A stretch of DNA of 64,000 nucleotides from an uncultured Candidatus Saccharibacteria bacterium. GTDB lineage: Bacteria; Patescibacteriota; Minisyncoccia; Phycocordibacterales; CAIRYW01. Location: assembly GCA_964406475.1 (NCBI GenBank), contig CAYORS010000002.1, positions 1,598-65,597 of the forward strand, in the 5' to 3' direction. Under the pieces are notes generated by a model. The model saw only the letters and a program-made list of their open reading frames with translations. It did no database searches and had not been told where the DNA came from. Below are positions 58,724 through 64,000 of this stretch, piece by piece. Each line of letters opens with the position of its first letter. Position 1 is the stretch's first letter. The translations under genes were made by a program, and so were the position numbers.

Positions 58724-59656
58724 TTACTCACTTGATTCTAATGCGTTTTTGCCTGATGTGATTTCGATAAGTTCTTTTGTAATCTGTGCCTGACGTTCTT
58801 TGTTGTATTTTATTGTGAGTTTACCTATCATCTCTTTGGCGTTCTCTGATGCGTTCTTCATGGCGACCATACGGGCAGAATGTTCCGAGGCGTTCGCTTC
58901 GAGAATACTATGGAAGATTTCGAGTTCCACAAGTTTTGGAACAAGCTTTGTGACCATCTCCTCAGGAGACGGTTCAAACTTGTATTCCGAAACTTTCGGC
59001 ATCGAATCATTCTTTACATCAGAGAATTTACCTGTCTTTGGGATAATGTTTTCTGCCACTTGTCTCAAAGTACTCTCACTGAGTGGGAGGAGTGGACGAT
59101 GGATTACTTCGAGTTTGAGAGCAGAGATGAAGTTTGTGAATACGATATCAATCTTTTTATACTTATTCTCCTTGTAGAGATCCATAACAAAAGACGATAT
59201 CTTTTCTGCTTCACTCAGTGTTGCGAGGTCTCCCGCACCTTCAAAATCTTTAATAATAGTAAGTCCCTTTCGTGAGAAAAAATCACGCCCCTTTTTACCT
59301 ACTGCAACAATGTCGGTAGGGAGTGTAGAAGACTTAATAATCTCCTCTGATCTACGGATGACGTTTGAGTTGAATGCCCCAGCAAGTCCCTTGTCAGAAC
59401 TTATAACAACGAGACAGTTGCGAGATGATTCGTCGTTTGATGTAAAGAAAGGTGAGAGAGACTTGATATCGGTCTTTGTGTGTGCCTCTATCTTTGCGAG
59501 TATGTCGAGAGCATAGAGTGCATAAAATCGACCCTTGAGTGCTGCGGCTTCGCTCTTGCGCATTTTGACAGCAGAAACAGACTGCATCGCCTTTGTGATT
59601 TGCTGAATGTTTTTGGTTGACTTGATTCTGCTTTTTATTGCTCTAGAGCCTGCCAT
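58724..59656 (-). CDS. atpG: ATP synthase gamma subunit
   Basis: ITKAM, DKGLAGAFN, SEHSARMVAM, RQAQIT.EL.EI. Confidence 0.98.
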   Translation of the reverse strand: MAGSRAIKSRIKSTKNIQQITKAMQSVSAVKMRKSEAAALKGRFYALYALDILAKIEAHTKTDIKSLSPFFTSNDESSRNCLVVISSDKGLAGAFNSNVIRRSEEIIKSSTLPTDIVAVGKKGRDFFSRKGLTIIKDFEGAGDLATLSEAEKISSFVMDLYKENKYKKIDIVFTNFISALKLEVIHRPLLPLSESTLRQVAENIIPKTGKFSDVKNDSMPKVSEYKFEPSPEEMVTKLVPKLVELEIFHSILEANASEHSARMVAMKNASENAKEMIGKLTIKYNKERQAQITKELIEITSGKNALESSE

Positions 59657-59696
59657 TTGAATAAGATTAAGTAGTAAGAATTATAGATAGTCTGAA

Positions 59697-61229
59697 TTAC
59701 TTGTTAAAATAATTTTCTGTAAAATCTTTCAACACTTCTTTAAGTGTAGCTTCTGTTGTTTCTGAGAATTGCGCTTCGTCTCGAACTGTCTGGATGAGTT
59801 TTGCGTGTCGCTCCTTGAGGAACGCTACGAGCTTTGTCTCATATTCTTTTACCTTTGAAACCTCGAGTGTGTCAATAAATCCTTTTGTTGCAGCGTATAT
59901 TACGATAGCTTGTTCTTCGAACGGTTGGCTTGCGTATTGTGGTTGCTTCAAGAGTTCGGTAAGGATACGTCCTCGTGTAAGCTGTCGTCGTGTTCCTGCA
60001 TCAAGATCAGATCCGAACTGTGCGAATGCTTCAAGTGATCGGAATTGTGCAAGGTCGAGCTTCATACCACCAGCAACTTTCTTGACTGCTTTTGTCTGAG
60101 CTGCAGAACCCACACGAGATACAGAGAGTCCCACGTTAATCGCTGGTCGAATACCTTTGAAGAAGAGTTCTGTTTCGAGGAAGACCTGACCGTCTGTAAT
60201 TGAGATTACGTTAGTAGGGATGTAAGCAGAAATATCTCCGAGTTGTGTCTCGATGATTGGGAGAGCGGTGATAGAACCACCACCGAACTCTTTGTTGAGG
60301 CGACCTGCTCGCTCGAGAAGTCGTGAGTGGAGATAGAACACGTCTCCAGGATACGCTTCACGACCTGGTGGACGCTTGAGGAGAAGAGAGATTTGTCTGT
60401 ATGCCCATGCGTGCTTTGAGAGATCATCGTACACAACGAGAACGTCCTTGCCTAAGTCTCTAAAGTACTCTGCGATTGTACATCCTGTAAATGGTGCGAG
60501 ATATTGGAGAGCGGCAGGATCGGATGCTGCAGCAGAGACAACAACAGTGTAATCCATTGCGCCTGCGTTTTTGAGTCTTTCTACTATTTGAGCAACTTTT
60601 GATTCTTTTTGTCCGATGGCAACATACACACAGATAGTAGGATTCTTTTCATGTTTTTGATGGATGATTGCATCGATTACGATAGCTGTCTTTCCTGTTT
60701 GTCGGTCGCCGATAATAAGTTGTCTTTGTCCACGTCCGATTGGGATCATGGCATCAATCGCTTTGATACCTGTATGCATTGGTGTAGAAACACTCTCTCG
60801 TGTAATAACTCCAGGAGCAATCTTCTCAAGTGGATATTCCTTTGCAGTAGATGGATTGATTGGTGCGAGACCGTCTTTTACTTCTCCGAGTCCACCAACC
60901 ACACGTCCAATGATGTCATTACCGACAGCAACAGAAAGAATCTTGCCTGTGTTACGAACAGTTGTTCCTTCTTTGATGTGCGCCCCGTCACCAAGAAGAA
61001 TTGCACCAACAAAATCTTCCTCAAGGTTGAGTGCTACCCCTAGCACTTTATTACCTTTTGAATCAGTAAACTCCACCATCTCATTGTATCTGACTTCAGA
61101 GAGACCTTTGATGGTGACTACTCCGTCAGATATTTTGACGACTTCTCCTACATGAGATACTTTCGCATCAGTCTTCAAGTGCGCGATTTCGTTTTTGATT
61201 GTTTCGATTATTGATTCTTTGTTGTGCAT
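59697..61229 (-). CDS. atpA: ATP synthase alpha subunit
   Basis: GDRQTGKT, RPPGREAYPGDVFYLHSRLLER. Confidence 0.99.
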   Translation of the reverse strand: MHNKESIIETIKNEIAHLKTDAKVSHVGEVVKISDGVVTIKGLSEVRYNEMVEFTDSKGNKVLGVALNLEEDFVGAILLGDGAHIKEGTTVRNTGKILSVAVGNDIIGRVVGGLGEVKDGLAPINPSTAKEYPLEKIAPGVITRESVSTPMHTGIKAIDAMIPIGRGQRQLIIGDRQTGKTAIVIDAIIHQKHEKNPTICVYVAIGQKESKVAQIVERLKNAGAMDYTVVVSAAASDPAALQYLAPFTGCTIAEYFRDLGKDVLVVYDDLSKHAWAYRQISLLLKRPPGREAYPGDVFYLHSRLLERAGRLNKEFGGGSITALPIIETQLGDISAYIPTNVISITDGQVFLETELFFKGIRPAINVGLSVSRVGSAAQTKAVKKVAGGMKLDLAQFRSLEAFAQFGSDLDAGTRRQLTRGRILTELLKQPQYASQPFEEQAIVIYAATKGFIDTLEVSKVKEYETKLVAFLKERHAKLIQTVRDEAQFSETTEATLKEVLKDFTENYFNK

Positions 61230-61254
61230 GATAATGGGGTTATTAATATTAAAA

Positions 61255-61620
61255 TTATTTTTTTAGGGCGTTTATCTTTGATGCAATACTGTTGTCTACT
61301 ATATAATCTCCGATCTTGATGACTGTTCCACCAATGATAGCTGGATTTGTTTTGATACTTTTAAGGACTTTCTTGCCTGCAATATGAGATGGTATTGCTA
61401 CGTCGCTCCCATCTGCTGTCTCGACGATGACGTCAATGCTCTCGTTACGTTTATTCCATACCTTGTTCCAATGAACGATGATTTCGTTTATCTTTGAGAT
61501 TTTGCCATGAGAGGCTAGGAGAGATACAAAATCCTTGATGACTGCCTTGTGATCGCCTGAGCTTTGCTTTTGCAAAGCCTCGTCAAGTATGTATGCGTAT
61601 TGCTTGGTAGTAATTTTCAT
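61255..61620 (-). CDS. atpH: ATP synthase delta subunit (short)
   Basis: NPAIIGG.VIKIGD..VDNS; operon position. Confidence 0.85.
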   Translation of the reverse strand: MKITTKQYAYILDEALQKQSSGDHKAVIKDFVSLLASHGKISKINEIIVHWNKVWNKRNESIDVIVETADGSDVAIPSHIAGKKVLKSIKTNPAIIGGTVIKIGDYIVDNSIASKINALKK

Positions 61621-61634
61621 CCCGGTAGAAAAGA

Positions 61635-62159
61635 TTAGTGTTTAGATACGAATGATTCGATTTTTTGAGCTTCTGCACTCGCTTCGTCAACAAGCATTTG
61701 CTTGGCATTATTGTCGAGGTATTTTGCAACTGTAGCTTCGATTGCACCCGCAACAACGAGTTTAATCTCTTTGCGGATCTGTGCATCACGTGCTTCTGCC
61801 TCGCCACGGAGCTTGTTTTCTGCTTCTTTGACTATCTTTTCTGCATGAGCTTCTGCCTCTTTGGAAAGCTTCTCTTTGAGCTCTTTTGCTGAATGTTCTG
61901 TATCACGAATGAGCTTGTCGCTCGCTTTTCGTGCTTCAGAAATCACTTTTTCCTCCAACGCTTTTATCTCTGCCATTTTGTCATCGATTGAAGAAGACTT
62001 TGCCTCTGCGTCTTTGACCATCTTTTCTCTCTTGTCGAGAACTTCGAGAAGTGGCTTGTAGATAAGCTTAAACAGAACAAAAGCCAAAACTCCAAAGTTG
62101 ATCATTTGGGCGATTAAGAGTTTCCATTCTATTCCAAGCGAGTGGAGGATTGATTCCAT
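61635..62159 (-). CDS. atpF: ATP synthase b subunit
   Basis: LIAQMINF.VL....YKP....LDKR plus coiled coil. Confidence 0.95.
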   Translation of the reverse strand: MESILHSLGIEWKLLIAQMINFGVLAFVLFKLIYKPLLEVLDKREKMVKDAEAKSSSIDDKMAEIKALEEKVISEARKASDKLIRDTEHSAKELKEKLSKEAEAHAEKIVKEAENKLRGEAEARDAQIRKEIKLVVAGAIEATVAKYLDNNAKQMLVDEASAEAQKIESFVSKH

Positions 62160-62278
62160 AATAATATATTGTTAGGTGGTTAATAACTGTATCAAGAACA
62201 AAATCCACGAGAGTATTGAATAGAGATAACTCTCTATTCAATACATATATGTAGATCAAGAAAGATAAAGTGGATTAA

Positions 62279-62509
62279 CTATACGAACATGATGATAAGA
62301 GCAACAACGAGGGCGTACACCGCGATAGCCTCAGTAAAGGCGATAGCGAGGATCATCGCTGATTGTACTTTACCAGCTGATTCTGGGTTTCGTCCGATAG
62401 ACTCCATTGCTTTACCTGCGAGGTTACCGATTGCTAATGCTGGTCCTAGTGCTCCAATACCGATTGCAAGCGCAGCTGCGAAAGGTTTAAGGTTTGATAC
62501 TTCTTCCAT
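62279..62509 (-). CDS. atpE: ATP synthase c subunit (H+-type)
   Basis: GRNPE loop, FTEAIAVY; lacks the Na+-type Q...EST signature. Confidence 0.96.
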   Translation of the reverse strand: MEEVSNLKPFAAALAIGIGALGPALAIGNLAGKAMESIGRNPESAGKVQSAMILAIAFTEAIAVYALVVALIIMFV

Positions 62510-62707
62510 AAATTTATTTGAAAAACTTATTACTAATAAATAACAGACCAAAAGGTCTAATATGTGAGTATAATAGCAAAAAAACTATAAAAACAAAAGA
62601 GGGGATGGGGGTTGCGTATTTGTAAAACAATTGTATAAAATAAATTGACACAATTATGGATTGTATGTAGTATACTTTTGAACTGTTATTTGAATCTACC
62701 TACCATT

Positions 62708-63097
62708 ATGAAATTAGAACGAACTATCTTTGACCAGGCGCGCATTAGTGAGTTGCATCTACGTGATCATGTCTGGCATCGTCTCGAAGGCGCTCTGGAA
62801 CGCTTTTTGAACTTGTGTTGTGATGACGTGGCTGCCACTTTGGTTCGAAGGATAATCTTTGTAAACGACGGACAGGAGAAAGAGTCAATCGCACAGAGTC
62901 TCGGAGAACTCTTGCCTCCAAGCGACAAGAGGAGGATAAAAGGCCATATTTCAATGTGGCGCAAAACCTTTGGAAGTGATTTTCATCTTCTCTATCCATT
63001 TTCCTTTAAGGGGGTTTTGGAAGATGAAGACCTGGTCTATCTTGATCAATACCTTGTCTCGCTCTTCTGGGACGCGGTCAAATACGTCAAGGTGTGA
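62708..63097 (+). CDS. Hypothetical protein
   Basis: TTGACA-17-TAGTAT promoter (62645-62673); terminator ggcacggtct-ttt-agagactgtgcc-ttttt. Confidence 0.6.
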   Translation: MKLERTIFDQARISELHLRDHVWHRLEGALERFLNLCCDDVAATLVRRIIFVNDGQEKESIAQSLGELLPPSDKRRIKGHISMWRKTFGSDFHLLYPFSFKGVLEDEDLVYLDQYLVSLFWDAVKYVKV

Positions 63098-63149
63098 TGG
63101 GTCTCTGTTGTTTGGCACGGTCTTTTAGAGACTGTGCCTTTTTAATATA

Positions 63150-63177
63150 TTGACGCCACTACATCTTGTGGTAAAGT
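63150..63177 (+). promoter_or_regulatory. Sigma70 promoter with an NrdR-box-like palindrome as spacer
   Basis: TTGACG-[CCACTACATCTTGTGG]-TAAAGT. Confidence 0.5.
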
Positions 63178-63228
63178 CATGATTAGTAAATCTAGACGAT
63201 GAACGTCTGGTGAACCTTGTTTTAGCTT

Positions 63229-63633
63229 ATGTCAAAATTTGATCCTTTTAAAGTAACGGCTCTGAGTTGCTCGATATCTTTTGGGTTTACGGTCGAAAAT
63301 ACCGACACACCCGATGAGGTGATTGATGGGGTCGCCTATCGATTCGTTAAGGTCAATGTCCTTCATCGGGACAGACTTTCTGTGTCAGCTCAATCTGTGA
63401 GAGATGCTTTGCGAGATACTCCAAGTGTTGTCCTTGTTGGCTACGTGACTGCTCCCACTAAGGTTCGGAGCTATGTCAGAGAATGTGCTCATAATGTTTC
63501 CATCCCTCGCATTCTTTTTGGTGATAACCACACCGGGTATCACTTTTTCTTCCCTGGAGGGAAGATGACATGCATTACACCGCGCTCTTTGATTCCTGAG
63601 AGTTTCATTACACTCATTGCAATTCCTGCTTAG
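63229..63633 (+). CDS. Hypothetical protein
   Basis: 134-aa ORF with own promoter; hairpin aacacaaccc-ctc-gggttgtgtt shared with the atpB 3' end. Confidence 0.55.
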   Translation: MSKFDPFKVTALSCSISFGFTVENTDTPDEVIDGVAYRFVKVNVLHRDRLSVSAQSVRDALRDTPSVVLVGYVTAPTKVRSYVRECAHNVSIPRILFGDNHTGYHFFFPGGKMTCITPRSLIPESFITLIAIPA

Positions 63634-63668
63634 TTTTGAACACAACACAACCCCTCGGGTTGTGTTTT

Positions 63669-64000
63669 TTAATGCGCCTCGTGGTGCGAGTCGTCGTGGT
63701 CTCCATGCATTTCAACTGAGCTTGAGAAGAACATCATCGCAAGTACTGAAAATACGAGAGCCTGTATGAATCCTACGAAAAGTTCGAGACCAAGGAATGG
63801 GATAGGGATAATGTATGGTGCAAGGAAAGAAATAATGAGCATAAGTACTGAACCAGCAAAGATGTTTCCAAACAGTCGGAATGTGAGAGAGATGATACGT
63901 GATACCTCGCCGATAAGCTCAAGTATACCAACAAAAAATCCTATTGGGTTTTTGAGCGGATTGACGATGAACTTGCCTACATGTCCTTTGCCGAGAGTAC
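63669..64000 (-). CDS. atpB: ATP synthase a subunit (5'-partial; absent from the ORF track)
   Basis: Hand translation: FFVGILELIGEVSRIISLTFRLFGNIFAG...LELFVGFIQALVF...HGDHDDSHHEAH*. Confidence 0.96.
   Translation of the reverse strand, partial: TLGKGHVGKFIVNPLKNPIGFFVGILELIGEVSRIISLTFRLFGNIFAGSVLMLIISFLAPYIIPIPFLGLELFVGFIQALVFSVLAMMFFSSSVEMHGDHDDSHHEAH

Overview
Chromosomal segment of a low-GC, reduced-genome bacterium, most likely Patescibacteria/CPR (Parcubacteria-like). That assignment is inferred from gene content, truncated core proteins and apparently leaderless starts. It is mostly housekeeping: rpoC (partial)-dnaG-rpoD, a UvrD-type helicase-nuclease, hisS, a TruB-like gene, proS, mreB-mreC-PBP2, greA-lysS, mraZ-rsmH-ftsL-ftsI-murF, uvrB/uvrA/uvrC, rmuC, gdh, MATE, tRNA-Lys(CTT), femABX-murE, a split phosphomannomutase, nrdB-nrdA, tsaC, pyrH and the F-type ATP synthase operon. 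Many short orphan genes with their own promoters and terminators are interspersed. The best candidates for something undescribed are: (1) a ~270-nt structured ncRNA on the minus strand (36651-36919) with a 26-bp closing stem and its own promoter; (2) a naturally circularly permuted DsbA; (3) LysRS fused to a DUF2000/PTH2-like domain; (4) HisRS with no anticodon-binding domain; (5) a RAYT transposase bracketed by two REP-like palindromes; (6) a leaderless Cys-rich leader peptide with attenuator-like structure; and (7) an ATP-cone fused to the RNR beta subunit. No CRISPR array, rRNA or prophage was seen. All family calls come from motif recognition by eye; no searches were run.
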